Part shown: positions 1-12,059 of the stretch, piece by piece
How positions within the stretch are numbered: the first letter of the stretch is position 1
Layout of the letters: each line of letters begins with the position of its first letter
Assembly (NCBI GenBank): GCA_028534125.1
Contig: CM052827.1
Location: 34,100,001 to 34,164,000, forward strand
Length of the DNA stretch: 64,000 nucleotides
Reading direction: 5' to 3'
Origin: Lama glama
Taxonomy: Eukaryota
Made by a program: the position numbers and the translations under genes
The notes under the pieces: generated by a model
What the model saw: the letters and a program-made list of their open reading frames with translations, nothing else
Database searches by the model: none
Told to the model about the DNA's origin: nothing

Positions 1-179
1 GGCAGTTGTTCTGCGAAGAAAAGGTCTGAATCGGGGTGACTGAAGCTGTAAGGAAGCAAGTTTTGGTATTGGTTTTAACAACTTGCCTTAATTCTAATCC
101 AGAAGCAAATTTTAAAAGATTGATAGTCCTTTGCCTAGGTATTGCCAACCTCCTAGGCTGAAGGCCAGGGGACAGTGCT

Positions 180-385
180 GCCTAATAGTCAGGAGCAGAG
201 TGTCTGGAAGGCTGAGTTACCTAGGGCATGTCACTTTACCTCTCAGAGTCTGTTTCTTATGTATAAAATGGTAACACCTGCTTCATAGGGATGATATGAG
301 GATAGTAAATAAAATTAAGTACAAGCAGGCCAAACACAAAGGACTGGCATACAGCAAGCACACAGTAAATGTGACAAATGATTAT
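180..385 (+). mobile_element. MIR SINE relic
   Basis: GGGCATGTCACTTTACCTCTCAGAGTCTGTTTCTTATGTATAAAATGG core. Confidence 0.65.
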
Positions 386-1229
386 GAATAACTCAAAACC
401 GAATTGCAGGACACAAGAAGACCAGTTTCACCTGGAGTCAGCCAAGCTCTCCCAGCAAGTGTTTTCAGCTGGGGCTTGCCTTTCCCCTGGGGCTGGTCAA
501 GAAAAACCTTCAGAGCGAATTTGCTAAGTGTTTTCCAAACTCCAGTGCCCTAATCCCCAAATATCTGCCTTCAATCTTGGAGGCAAAAGAAAAGAAGTTC
601 AGAGGAGGGTGCCAGCCAGTTTGAAAATATCAGTGATACTCTTGGCTTCCTGCATCTCCCTACCCCCATCCCTGGTAACTGAGGGGCCTGACTCCCAGGT
701 GCACAGCCTAGATGAGAGGGAGGGGTTACTCAGTTCATGCCCAGGAGTCAGCAGTCTCCCAGGCTTTTGTGTCACATGAGTGATGTGCTGGAGACCACAG
801 GCACTCAGCTGCCTCTGGGCTCAGCCCTCGCATGTCCACAAGCACTCTGGGCTCAGTTTATACAAAACAGACCTCTGCTTTTGTCCCTCATGTGGATGCT
901 CCAACAGGACTCCCAGCCTCCCCTCTTTTCCCATCCCCAAACCAGACAGGGGTCTTATTTGTTCAAGACCATTACCAGCTCTTCTTTGCCCTCAGAATGA
1001 AGTCTAAGAGGCCACATGTGGCAAACATAGCGCTACATTAACACAGTTCTCAAGAGCCCAGATTTTGGGCTCTGGTACACCTGAGTTTGAGACCTTGAAC
1101 AATTTTCTTAGCCTCTGGAAGCCTCAGTTTCCTTGAATATAAAATAGTAATGATGGTACCTACTACAAAAGGCTATTGTAAGTCCTCTATAAACAACCCA
1201 GGGCTTGGGACAGAGCAAGAGGCTTGGAG

Positions 1230-1900
1230 GCCAGTGCGTGGAATAAAGATTGAGGATGAGGTGGGGAAGGGGTGGCTGCCAGAACTAGGGAAGATGATGA
1301 GAACCATCTTTGGACATGCCAAGTGTAAGGGGCCTATGGGTGTCCCAGAGAGGCATCCAGGGGCAGCTGGACACATGGGCTTGGAGTTAAGAGCAAGGCT
1401 TGGCTGGAAAATAGTGTGGGAGTCACCAGCATGTGAGGAGAAAAATGAGGTCATGGTGAGGGAGAGACTGAGCATGAGGCCTCCACAGTCAGAGGTTCAC
1501 CCACAAGGAACAGAAGCTCACGAAAGAGGCAGAGAGGAAGAGCCAGAGAGGTAGGAAGAAATCCAGCAGCAGTGGCTTTGCAGACACCAAAGGGAGAAAG
1601 GGCGTAGGGTAGTGAGGAATAGCCAGAAGTTCAGAGACATCCAGGAAGCCATGTTAACTGAAAGCAAAGATGTGTCCATGGTATTCAGGGACTAGGATGT
1701 CATTCACTGGTAATCTTTGGTGTGGTCGGGAGTGGGAACAAACTCAGAGCTGGAGTTGTGGAGAAGAGAGTAGAGATGGTGACTGCTGACAGTTTTAGAG
1801 AAATGTGGCTGAGAATGGGGGCGGGGGAGAACATGAGAACAATGCTTGAGGAAAGAGATATAGGATTGAGGTAGGAGAAGTTCTTTATTATGATTACCAG
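1230..1900. mobile_element. L2 LINE relic
   Basis: Purine-rich degenerate L2-like text (TTTGGACATGCCAAGTGTAAG, CTGGAGTTGTGGAGAAG); by-eye call. Confidence 0.5.
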
Positions 1901-3559
1901 AAGGAGAGGCCAGAGCTGTTGTGAATGCTGCTGGGAAGGAGCCAATGTTTAGTTATTATATCCAAGGTGCCCAGCACAGGGCCTGGCATGCAGTAGGAAC
2001 TCAATAAAATCTTGTTGTCTTTGAGGATGGGGAAGGATGGGGTCTGGAACTTGGGGTGGAGGTACTGGTCATTGTCAGGAAGAGGTTCCCTTCTGCCATT
2101 GTGCCAGGAGGGAGGGATGGTCGGGGTGCCAGGGGTGAGCAGAGTGCAGGCCAGGGCCTCCTTGGGCCTCTGCTGCTTCTGAGCCTGACCACAGAGAAAG
2201 GAAGAAGTGATAAGAGAGTGTTTGGCTCAAGAAACCCCAATGTGGTCAGGGAACAGAGCATGAACTTTTGGAGAGTGCTACTTGGCAACTCTCTCCCCAA
2301 TACCCCTATTTCTGTTCCCAGCATCATCAAATCCAGCTGTTACCTTCACTTTATCCCCTTCAGAGCCATGCCCTCCCCAAAGGCCAGCAGATGGTGCCAG
2401 TGAGCTGCTGGACTCAGATGGAGCAGAAGAGTCGGCCTGCCAGACCCCACGCACCCCATGGCCTCCCAGAGCCTGGGGCATGCTAAAGGTTTGACTCCCT
2501 AGGTTCCTGACTAAGGGGGTTGAGGGAGCAGGACTAAGGACTAAAGGAGACTATGGGCTTTGGGCTTCGGGGTGGGGTGGTTCAGGGGTTCTGCTCCTTC
2601 TGGTTGCCCTTCATTCCTCTACCCCTGCGAGGCCCTGTCTTATCTGCTGGGGCTCCTACCCTCTGCCCCCCTCCCTTCTTTTCTCTGGAGGCCCCTGCCA
2701 GCCCAGACTTCTGGTTCTGGCAGAGGCTGGTTCTCTGCCCTTGGGCAGGCACAACCTGGCACCAGGCCTCAGACAGGGCTGGGCCAGCCCCTCCCAGCCA
2801 TGACTGCCTGAACCACCTCCTTTCTACTTCCAGAATGTCTCCACCTGATGAGAAGCAAGGGGTCAGCTGCTGAGGAGGCTACAGGAGGCTAGAGCATAGA
2901 TCCTGGGAAGGAGGCCTGGCCTCCTAGCCTCCTGGCCTAGGAAGTTGGATGAATTTCAGGCCATAGGGGGTGTTAAATAAAACTGTGGCAGATCATCCAG
3001 TCCCACTGGAAACACCCCATGCCCATCCTAGCCATCCTATATTCCCCCACTCGTTCCCTACACCCCCTCTCAGCAAGACTCTCTCCCCATCTTGGGCTTC
3101 CCAGTGAGTCAGGATCCTTCATGTTTCCTTCCCAGGACAGTGTAAGATCCTGTTTCCCAGACTCTGTTTTCACCCTACTTTCCCACTTCCACCTCCCTAC
3201 ACTTGGACTCCTGCTCTGACAATTGCTGGTATACCTGTGTGGCCTTGACCAAATTGAAGGCTGTCTGGGATCCCCACCTCACCACCCCTTCTGCATCCCC
3301 TCCACAGTTACAAAAGGAAGCCCTTAATGGATGAAGCTGGAGAAACCACAGCCAGACACTCAGTAGGATGACTAGAGCTAGGGGGGACCCACCTATCCAG
3401 GTTCTACAGCTTAGATCAGGAAGCCAGGTCAAGGGTACTGTGTCCACTTCTGAGACTGAGCCACAGATTTGGGACAACAGCAATCAGCAGGTTTTGGAAA
3501 ATCAGCATTACCCTAAGTTTCCAAAGAATGATACAGACCAAGGGAGAAAGTCACGAAAA

Positions 3560-3585
3560 ACACACCACACACACACACACACACA
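3560..3585. repeat. (CA)n microsatellite upstream of HSD11B2
   Basis: ACACCACACACACACACACACACA. Confidence 0.9.
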
Positions 3586-4599
3586 AATTTACATGGCACA
3601 GGGAGAGATACATCATATGTACATGGACAAGCTATGGAGCCCATGGACACGAATGTATACAAATACAGGCATACATAGGCACACAAGGTCATGTACCCAA
3701 GGTCAGGCACACACACCCTCCCCAGGGAAGTCCGGCCTCCCAGGACCAGGGCTGACCTGTCATCTGTACTTGCAGGGGGAGGAAAAGGTGGAAGCACAGA
3801 AGTGGCTCTGGGAAGGACTTGGATCCTCCACCCAGATCCTCTCCCCTTAAGTGGGTCTGACTCCCAGTCCCTCCCTGAGATTCCCCTGGCCCACCAGGGG
3901 GCCATGCCTGGGTGGCAGAGAAGGCTTTGGAGGAGGCATTGCCTTGAAGCCCTGGCACAGAGCCTGAGCATCTAAGATAGAGAAAGGGCAAAAGGGCTGG
4001 GAGGAGTCCTAGTGTAGGCATGGATGAGGCACCAGGCAAGGGTCCATATGAAGTAGGGACCTCCTCTGCCATGAGCTGCACCTACTGACTTCAGCATAGA
4101 GCCTGGAAGCCAGGTACTGGCACCAACTCCTGGCATAGATGCCAAGCACAGGGTGCCAGACACGGGGGTGGGCAGAGTGGGGGGGCCACCAGGCCACACA
4201 CAAACACAGACCTTCATACACACAGGCAGGGAAATGCACTCACATTCATTTATTTTATACCCAGGGGAATCCTGGAAGCAGGTTAAGGATCTCCTAGAGG
4301 TTGCCCTCGCTGACTCCACAGGTGTCCCCAATGGCCTGCCTCTTGGAGTCCCTGGGGTTGAAGGGTGGGCTGGAGTTAATGGGAGGCCTAGATGCTTCCA
4401 CGGACCCCACTCTCCCCTCACAGCACACACACCCACACACATACGCTTGTGTGGCAGGAGCAGGTGGGGTTGGTGCAACCCCAGAGCTGGAAAGTGGAAG
4501 GAAGGGGAAAGGAAGGTCAAAGACGCCCTAGAACCCAGGCGGTCATCCTGCTCCCCACAGCCTCATTTGGTGGCTGCAGGCAGCTTAGGTGTAAGCACG

Positions 4600-5700
4600 T
4601 GTCAGGACGTGTGTGCTAGGGACCTGCAGCTGTGCAAGGCGTGGGAGTATAGTGCATGTGCCGGCGTTGGCGGCGGCTGCCGGGTGAGGGCTGGTTGGTT
4701 CCCCTCGGCCACGGCTGTGCTGTCAGCATGGGGAGCTTGGATGGAGGCTGTGCGTGTCCTCAGGTGTCCCGAGCAAGTGTGAGCTGGATGTGCTCACCTA
4801 GGAAAGGCGGTTCAGCAGCTCAGGGCGCGTGTGTCGGGGCGCAGGGGTGAGCGGATGCAGGGCACCAGGGTTAGAGGCCGGCGGCAGGCGGCTGCTCCTC
4901 CAGCAGTAACTTCGCGACTTGGTTCCGGCTTCTTCGAAAGCGGATCTGGCCGCGTGAGCGGAGCAGAGGGCGGGGGAGTAGAGGTGGGGGGCACCTGTCG
5001 GGCAGAGGTGCAGGGTGAGAAGTAAAGGAAAGCCTCGCCCTTTCCCCGCCTCCGCTCCGCCCTCTCCCCGCCCCCGGACTCCTTATAAGCTCGGCCCGAG
5101 GGCGAACAGAGAAAGCGAGTATCCCTCCTGCCCCTGGCTGGTCCTCTGCTGCGACCCCGTGCCCCTCGTCTCGGCCCCGAGTTCCAGTCCCTGCTCTCTG
5201 GCCCGCCCCCTGCCCCACCCCGGCCCAGCCCGTCCCAGCCGCCATGGAGAGCTGGCCTTGGCCGTCGGGCGGCGCCTGGCTGCTCGTGGCCGCCCGTGCC
5301 CTGCTGCAGCTGCTGCGCGCAGACCTGCGTCTGGGCCGCCCGCTGCTGGCTGCGCTGGCGTTGCTGGCCGCGCTCGACTGGCTGTGCCAGCGCCTGCTGC
5401 CCCCGCTGGCCGCACTTGCCGTGCTGGCCGCCACCGGCTGGATCGTGTTGTCCCGCCTGGCGCGCTCGCCGCGCCTGCCGGTGGCGACTCGCGCGGTGCT
5501 CATCACCGGTGAGTGCGCAGGGCGCGGAGCAGCGAGACTCCAGGTTCGAGGGCGGGACCGGACACCTAGAGGGCTCCCCGTGGGGATACCAAGGCAAGGC
5601 GGGACCTCTAGCGCAGGAGTGGAAGAGTCCCCCTCCCCTGGGTGCAGGAAGTGAGCCAAGTGGGAAGCGCAGGGCACCTCCCTAAATCCGGGTTAACTAC
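4600..5700. promoter_or_regulatory. HSD11B2: CpG island / GC-rich promoter of HSD11B2
   Basis: Dense CpG around exon 1; GC-box-like CCGCC(C) motifs at ~5046-5075; TATA-like TTATAA at 5083-5088. Boundaries approximate. Confidence 0.85.
5244..5508 (+). CDS. HSD11B2: 11-beta-hydroxysteroid dehydrogenase type 2, coding exon 1
   Basis: Kozak GCCGCCATGG; [35 protein letters not shown]...RAVLIT(G); donor G/GTGAGT at 5509; 265 nt. Confidence 0.98.
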
Positions 5701-8700
5701 CTGAGGCTTCAAAGGTGTTAGAGGAAAATGAGGTAGAGAGTGGGCGGGTGCGCAGGGGAAACTGGTGGCTGAGAAAGTAGGAGCCTCCTGGGGTTTATGC
5801 TATGCCCCTCTCCAAGAGAGCAGTCTTTGGACAGGGAATACTGCTCTGAGGGACTTTTAGAGGATGATCACTCCTTGAAGTCTTCCTAACATCCCCACGT
5901 GGGAGGTCCCTTCTCCTCTTCCCTGGGATGGGAGGAAGAGGCTTCGATGGAGAGTTGGGACTCCTTCCCCCTAACTGGCTGGGCTCCTTGGAGTCCAGAA
6001 AAGCTTGAAATCATCATGAGGGACAGCTGGACATTAAGCTGCCTCTCAGATCCCACCCCCAACCGTTGAACTGCTGAAGTAGCTGTCCAGAGTCTGCACC
6101 TAGGACCATCCCTCCTGGTCCTCTGTGCCGAGGTCTTAGAGAGTTGAACTCAGGTACCTCTGCCTGCCTGACTGAGCTCCCTTTGTCTGGAGCAAGGAAT
6201 AAATCTGTCAGCAGAAGGAGGGAAGGGGGAGCTGAGGCCCAGCCAGAAGTGGGGAAAGGGAGAAAGATTAGGGGGCACTGGCTCCATTGTATTGGGAAGG
6301 GGCAGTATAGTCTCTCCTCTAACCCCTATGCCTTTGGACAGGTGCTTTGGCCCCTTGCACTGGGCCTGGGCTGGGGGCACCAGACTGGCTTCTCAGAAAT
6401 CTCAGTCCAGTAGACTGAGGCCCTGCATGATCAGATGGAGCTGGGAGAACTTCCCAGAGGAGGCCATCCTTGAGCTGGGCCTCAGAGGATAAGCAGAGAC
6501 AGGTGGAGTGTGGAAGATGTTTTAGATCAGATGAAAGATGTGGGACAAAGGCTTGAAGCAAGAATGAGGTTGGCCTGGGTAGGGGGCAGTCAGTAACCAA
6601 TCTGGCTTCTGGGGTGTGGTGGGATGTGAGGTTGTTTCCTTGGAAGGGGCCTTGAATGCTAGGCAAGTAGCCAGAATGTGCTAAGGCAGGGTGAGGGTGC
6701 AATCAAGGTTTGGGCTTTGGGAAAGATGGCAGAGACAGAGCAGGGCTCAGGCTGGATGGGAGAGACCTAAGTTCAGGGTGCAGTGAGAAGCTTCAAGGGA
6801 CCCCAGTTTTAGGAGTCTGAGAAAGGAAAGATGACAGACCTCCTGGTACGAAGCAGGGACTAGGTTGTGAGCTCTGCTCCCAGGGACAGGGCATCTCCTC
6901 CCCTGCCTTCTAATTAATGAGCTGTCTCAACAGGAACCAGGCCATCTGTAGATACTAGTGGTCCAGGGCAGTCTTTCCTGAAATCTCACCTCAGGCCTTT
7001 GTGTTGCTGCTGTTACATCTCCTAACCTTGAGCCTGAGAGTGAAGTGAGAGGAGGGATGCCTTCTGTGACTTGGGCTTCCTCCAGCTGTGGTTGCAAAGC
7101 CCCACAGGAGGAGGAGGAGAAAACTGCCCAGCCCACTTTATCTAAGCTTCAGGGGTAGGTCTCCAAGCTTCCCAATGCCCCAAAACTCAGGTTTCCTCTC
7201 TCACCACTTGACTGCAAGACAAGTAGGTAATCAGGCCCTGCCTCACCTGCTAGGAACACTGTCTTAAGCCTGCCAGAGCTGCCCCCACCCCTCCCTGAGA
7301 ATGCCCCTGAGAACCACTGGCCAAGGCTACTCCTGGAGCTCAGCCCTGGGGTCAGGGTTTAGGTTGAGTGGCTGGGTGACTTGTGCACACGTCTGTGTAC
7401 TGCTGAGCGGCAGGGGTCTCATGAGAGAGACCCGTTGTTGTTCATGGCTCACTGCAGGTAGGTTAGAGGTGTATACAGGTGTCTGAGTTTGCAGGTGAGC
7501 AAGAGGGTGTGCAAGGTGTGGGTGACTGTATTGGAACTGCAGAGCTAAAGTTGTAGGAGGCAGTTTCAGTTTTCCTGTGAAGAGCCTGTCTGCTCTGGGA
7601 GGGAGCTTAGGCAAATGGACACACACGCACGTGCTCATTTCCTCTCCCCCAACCAGACTTGCCCAGGAAGGACTCCTCAGTTGGGTCTGACTGGTGAGTC
7701 CCCAGTCACACAAAGCCAAGCTTGCAGCTCGCCGCCCCCCCCCCCCCAGTTTTGTTTTCTGCCTTAGCAGAGGGGGACAGGGCTGAGATGGGAGAAACTG
7801 GTTGTGCAGAATCACTTTGCAGCTTCTGCTCAGCAGGATCACCACAGAGGCAGGCTCCAGAGAGCCTCCTCCCTCACTGGTCCTCCCCCTCCCTTAGCTG
7901 GTCTACCATGGAGTCAGCATCAGAATGGGAACAATCTAGGAAGCAGGGGCTTATCAGACTCCTACTTGGGCTTTGCCTGGTGGTTCATCTCTCTATATAT
8001 CTAAGACAGGAAGTTATACATCCCAGAGTGGTAACTGACCTTAGGTCACATTTGATGGGTGTAGGAAAGGATTCTAACACAGGTCTGTTCTCATCTTCAT
8101 CCATCATGTCCCTGTCCTAGGGGCAAATGGTGTGGGGCTCAGAGACTGCCCCAGTGTTGCCACTGATTGGAATTCCAAGGGTTGTGGTCAGGGGTGAGGT
8201 GGGGATGGGCCTCCAGCTTGCCTAGAGACTGGAACAATAGTAGAGGGTGTTGAGGCTGGAAAGAAGGGTCAGGCTCAGATTGTACAGGGCCTGGATGATT
8301 GGAGCAGAGACTTCAGCTTCATCCTAAAGGCTGTGGGGAGCCTTGGAGAGGTTTTCACCAGCAGAGTGATATTGTCATTTTTGGAAGGATCCCTCTGGCT
8401 GCTTAGGTAGAGAATGGATTCCAGGGGGCAAGATGGGACTGAACTATAAAAGAGGCAGCTTCAGTGTCCAGGTAAGAGGAAGCAGCCTGGGCAAGGGCAG
8501 TGAGAAAAGAAGGGAGGCTGTGTAATAATACTGCATGTGAGCTGAGGCCTGATATCAAGCAGGCAGAAGGACATCAGGGCTGGAACTGGGTCTCAAGCTG
8601 ATGTATGACACAGTCCTGACCTTACTCTGTGCTGGCTGAGTGACTTTGGGAAGCAACTTAGCACTACTAGGTCTCAGCTTCCTCAGCTGTAGTGGGGATC

Positions 8701-8941
8701 GTTAGCCAGGTTTGGTGGGGTAGCTACGAGGAGTCAGGAGATGACAATTGTGAAAGTGTTGGTATTAAGGTGCTCAGCCAAAGGGACAAAGCCTGCCCGA
8801 GATGGGCCTAGGAAAGAAGGGATGGCTGCTGACGGCTAATGGGGTTGGGTGTCAGAGGCCTGGATCCCATCCAGACCATTGTGACCACTGGGGCTGGACT
8901 AAGCCACAGTGGGAGTTCACTTGCTGTCCTTCCCTGGCCAG

Positions 8942-9154
8942 GTTGTGACTCTGGTTTCGGCAAGGCGACAGCCAAGAAGCTAGACGCCATGGGCTTCACA
9001 GTACTGGCCACCGTGCTGAAGTTGGATAGCCCTGGTGCCCTAGAGCTGCGAGCCTGCTGTTCCCCTCGTCTAAAGCTGCTGCAGATGGACCTGACCAAGC
9101 CAGCGGACATTAGCCGCACACTGGAGTTCACCAAGACCCACACTGCTAGCACAG
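8942..9154 (+). CDS. HSD11B2: HSD11B2 coding exon 2 (Rossmann motif TGCDSGFG)
   Basis: Acceptor CCAG/, [26 protein letters not shown]...HTAST(G), donor GTCAGG; 213 nt. Confidence 0.98.
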
Positions 9155-9272
9155 GTCAGGAGGCTCAGCTCCACCAGGAAAGGGTGTGGCTCGGTGGGTG
9201 TGAGAAAAGTCAGGGTTTGAAGGTTTGCTGCTGGGCTGATCCACAGCTTCCCTCCTGGCTCCATGCCCTCAG

Positions 9273-9458
9273 GTCTGTGGGGCCTGGTCAACAATGCGGG
9301 CCAGAACATCCTTGTGGCCGATGCGGAGCTGTCTCCAGTGGCCACGTTCCGCAACAGCATGGAGGTGAACTTCTTCGGTGCGCTTGAGCTGACCAAGGGC
9401 CTCTTGCCACTGCTACGCCGTTCGAGAGGTCGCATCGTGACTGTGAGCAGCCCAGCAG
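9273..9458 (+). CDS. HSD11B2: HSD11B2 coding exon 3 (NNAG motif)
   Basis: Acceptor TCAG/, [11 protein letters not shown]...RIVTVSSPA(G), donor GTGAGT; 186 nt. Confidence 0.98.
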
Positions 9459-9565
9459 GTGAGTGCCCTCCCACACTGGAGCAGAAAAGGTGCCCCAGCA
9501 GGGTGGGGAGAGATGCTGAAGACCCTGGCCCAGGCTGAGCTGCCCCACTCCCAATCCATCCCTAG

Positions 9566-9703
9566 GAGACATGCCATTTCCATGCTTGGCTACCTATGGA
9601 ACCTCCAAAGCGGCCCTGGCATTACTCATGGACACATTCAGCTGTGAACTTCTGCCCTGGGGGATCAAAGTCAGCATCATCCAGCCTGCCTGCTTCAAGA
9701 CAG
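9566..9703 (+). CDS. HSD11B2: HSD11B2 coding exon 4 (catalytic YxxxK)
   Basis: Acceptor CTAG/, [17 protein letters not shown]...QPACFKT(E), donor GTGAGG; 138 nt. Confidence 0.98.
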
Positions 9704-9918
9704 GTGAGGTTTGGGGATTTTGGGGTGGGGCCTGGGTGGGGTTGTTGGGGAGAGGGGGAAAGTGGGGATGAGCATGGTCCTATCTGGAGTGAGGCTGGGT
9801 CTGAGGAATGGCCGTAGCTTTGGCTAGGGACAGGTCTCAGGTTGTGAGTTAGAGATACCTGGGTCTGGCTTTGGCTTCCCTAACTGATCCCACTCTGGCC
9901 TTGCCACTCCTTCCCCAG

Positions 9919-10331
9919 AGTCAGTGCAAAATGTGGACCAGTGGGAAGAGCGCAAGCGGCAACTGCTGGCCAACCTGCCCCGAGAGCTGCTGCAGGCCTA
10001 CGGTGAGGACTATGTTGAGCACTTGAGTGGGCAGTTCCTGCATAGTCTGAGCCAGGCACTGCCAGACCTCAGCCCGGTTGTAGATGCCATCACCGATGCA
10101 CTGCTGGCGGTTCAGCCACACCACCGCTATTACCCAGGCCATGGCCTGGGAATCATGTACTTCATCCACTACTACCTGCCTGAGGGCCTGCGGCGCCGTT
10201 TCCTGCAGTCCTTCTTCATCAGTCCCTCTGTGCCAAGAGCACTGCAGCCTGGCCAGCCCAGCCTTACCTCTGCCCAGGATGTAGCTCACAGCCCAGACCC
10301 AAACCCCGGCCCTTCCCCCACTGCCCAATGA
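9919..10331 (+). CDS. HSD11B2: HSD11B2 coding exon 5 to stop
   Basis: Acceptor CCCCAG/, [13 protein letters not shown]...[11 protein letters not shown] at 10329-10331. Total CDS 1215 nt = 404 aa. Confidence 0.98.
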
Positions 10332-10840
10332 GCAGTGTGTGCTCATAGCTGCTCCAGCAAAGGAGGTCCCATCTGCCCTTAGTCCTCCCCTGGGCATTCT
10401 GACCCCCAGGTCTATCCTAGATCCTGACCTAAGAGACCGAAGTCCCACCCACTGCTGATGTCACAGGGCAGGCCTGGTGAGGTGAGGCCTCCCAGTGAAC
10501 CTCTGGGCCTCTTCTGCTTCATGAGCCCAAACAGACCCTCCTAGGCACAAGGCTCCACTACACAGCTTGGAGAACCCAGCTGGATGGGGAGTTTTGTGCA
10601 AGACTTAACTGTAGCCTTTGACAGGATCCTGCAGACAGTGCTCTGCAAACTAAGGAGTAATTGGGTAGGTTGGGGACTCCCTCAGGATTATTTCTCAACA
10701 CCAGTGCCTCATGCCGTGATTCAAAGGGTGAATCCTAACTGTTTCTTGACTGGCTCAAGAATTAGGGCCCTGACCACCCACCCAAGCCCCCAAAGCCACA
10801 GGGAGGCTGCATACCCTACTTGCCTGATCGCCACTTTTGG

Positions 10841-10846
10841 AATAAA
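10841..10846 (+). terminator. HSD11B2: HSD11B2 polyadenylation signal
   Basis: AATAAA ~510 nt after the stop codon, followed by a U-rich tract. Confidence 0.8.
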
Positions 10847-10959
10847 GACAAATTTTTATTTCTCCTAGAATGGGGAGATGCTATGTTTGGAGGAGGTGAC
10901 TGCCTACGTAACATGCTGTGGCTGTGTGACAGCCTGGAAACTGCCTGGGGAACCACTGA

Positions 10960-11105
10960 GCACAGAGGCTGAAGCTCTGGACACAGATTCCAGTTTACAC
11001 CTAACCCCTTCAGCTACTTTGGGCCGATCGTGTATCCATGGTTTGGGTTTCCTCACAGTGAAATGGGGACAATAACCCTGGCCAAGGGAGTTGTGGAGCT
11101 CAGGG
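10960..11105 (+). mobile_element. MIR relic between the convergent poly(A) sites
   Basis: GGTTTCCTCACAGTGAAATGGGGACAATAACC...GGGAGTTGTGGAG core. Confidence 0.6.
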
Positions 11106-11389
11106 AAGCAAACAGGGAGGTCTGGGGGCTCTCCAGGGGTCAGGACCCAGCTACACAGGCCTGTCAGAGCCTCCAGCAGAGGAAGAGGCTATCCTCGCCT
11201 GACTTCCCCCACCCTGCGGAATCTGGCCGCACGGGGAGAGGGCCAGCCTGGAGCTGCCAACTGAGGAAGGGAGGTAGAAGGCTTAGATGGGGATGGGCTC
11301 AGCAAGAGTGGGGCCTGAGCATAGCTGGGGATCTGGGAGGACTCGGACCCAAAGGAGACAGAAGACAGCTGGGCTTACAGAGGGCAGTT

Positions 11390-11395
11390 TTTATT
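11390..11395 (-). terminator. ATP6V0D1: ATP6V0D1 polyadenylation signal
   Basis: TTTATT on + (AATAAA on -) ~410 nt after the stop codon. Confidence 0.8.
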
Positions 11396-11805
11396 GTCTC
11401 TGAGGGGCAGAGCTACTTCCCCTACACCCCAAGGACACACACACTATCCTGCCCCTGGGCCATGGCTCTAGGGGGACCCACTGAGGGGAGAGGAAGCTCA
11501 CGCTGCCCCCAGGGGTTCTCAGGTTAGGGAAGGACACAAAAGTGACCACATGCTTCTCAGACATGTCAGCGGCTGTAAACATAGGGCTGAGGGGGCCTCC
11601 TTGCTCTGGAGGTGAGGGACTTGGTCCATCCTTGGTAGGGGGAACAGGTGCCCAGCCCCTTTTCAGGCCCAAGAGCAGTCTCAGAGAGGGTCAGGGAAGC
11701 CAGGAAGCCGCCAGGACAGTGTGCTACCCCCCAGGCAGGTAGGTGAGCCATGAGCTTTGTCACAGCACACAGACACACACATGTGGGGAGCCATGGGCCA
11801 GGGTG

Positions 11806-11967
11806 CTAGAAGATGGGGATGTAGTTGTCGATCTTGGCGCGGTGGCGCTGGGCGATGCACTCGGCAATCCATACAATGTTGCGACACTCCTGCTCCTTGA
11901 GCTTCACAAAGGCATAGAAAACACCAAAGTGGAACTGGTTCAGGAAGGCCAACTTGTTCAGTTTCAC
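11806..11967 (-). CDS. ATP6V0D1: V-ATPase V0 subunit d1, coding exon 8 (last)
   Basis: [53 protein letters not shown]; 162 nt. Total CDS 1056 nt = 351 aa. Confidence 0.98.
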   Translation of the reverse strand: MKLNKLAFLNQFHFGVFYAFVKLKEQECRNIVWIAECIAQRHRAKIDNYIPIF

Positions 11968-12059
11968 CTGCGGACAGAGGCAGGAGTGGTGTGTAGGTGG
12001 CCGTGACCAAAGTCAGGCCTAAGCCACCAACCCCTCCCTATGACAGGCCTGGCACTCAC

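Noticed and set aside
4153-5685. Long ORFs of 200-268 aa on both strands around HSD11B2 exon 1
   Set aside because: Expected from stop-codon scarcity in a GC-rich CpG island. They are low-complexity Arg/Ala/Gly/Pro translations with no recognisable domain.
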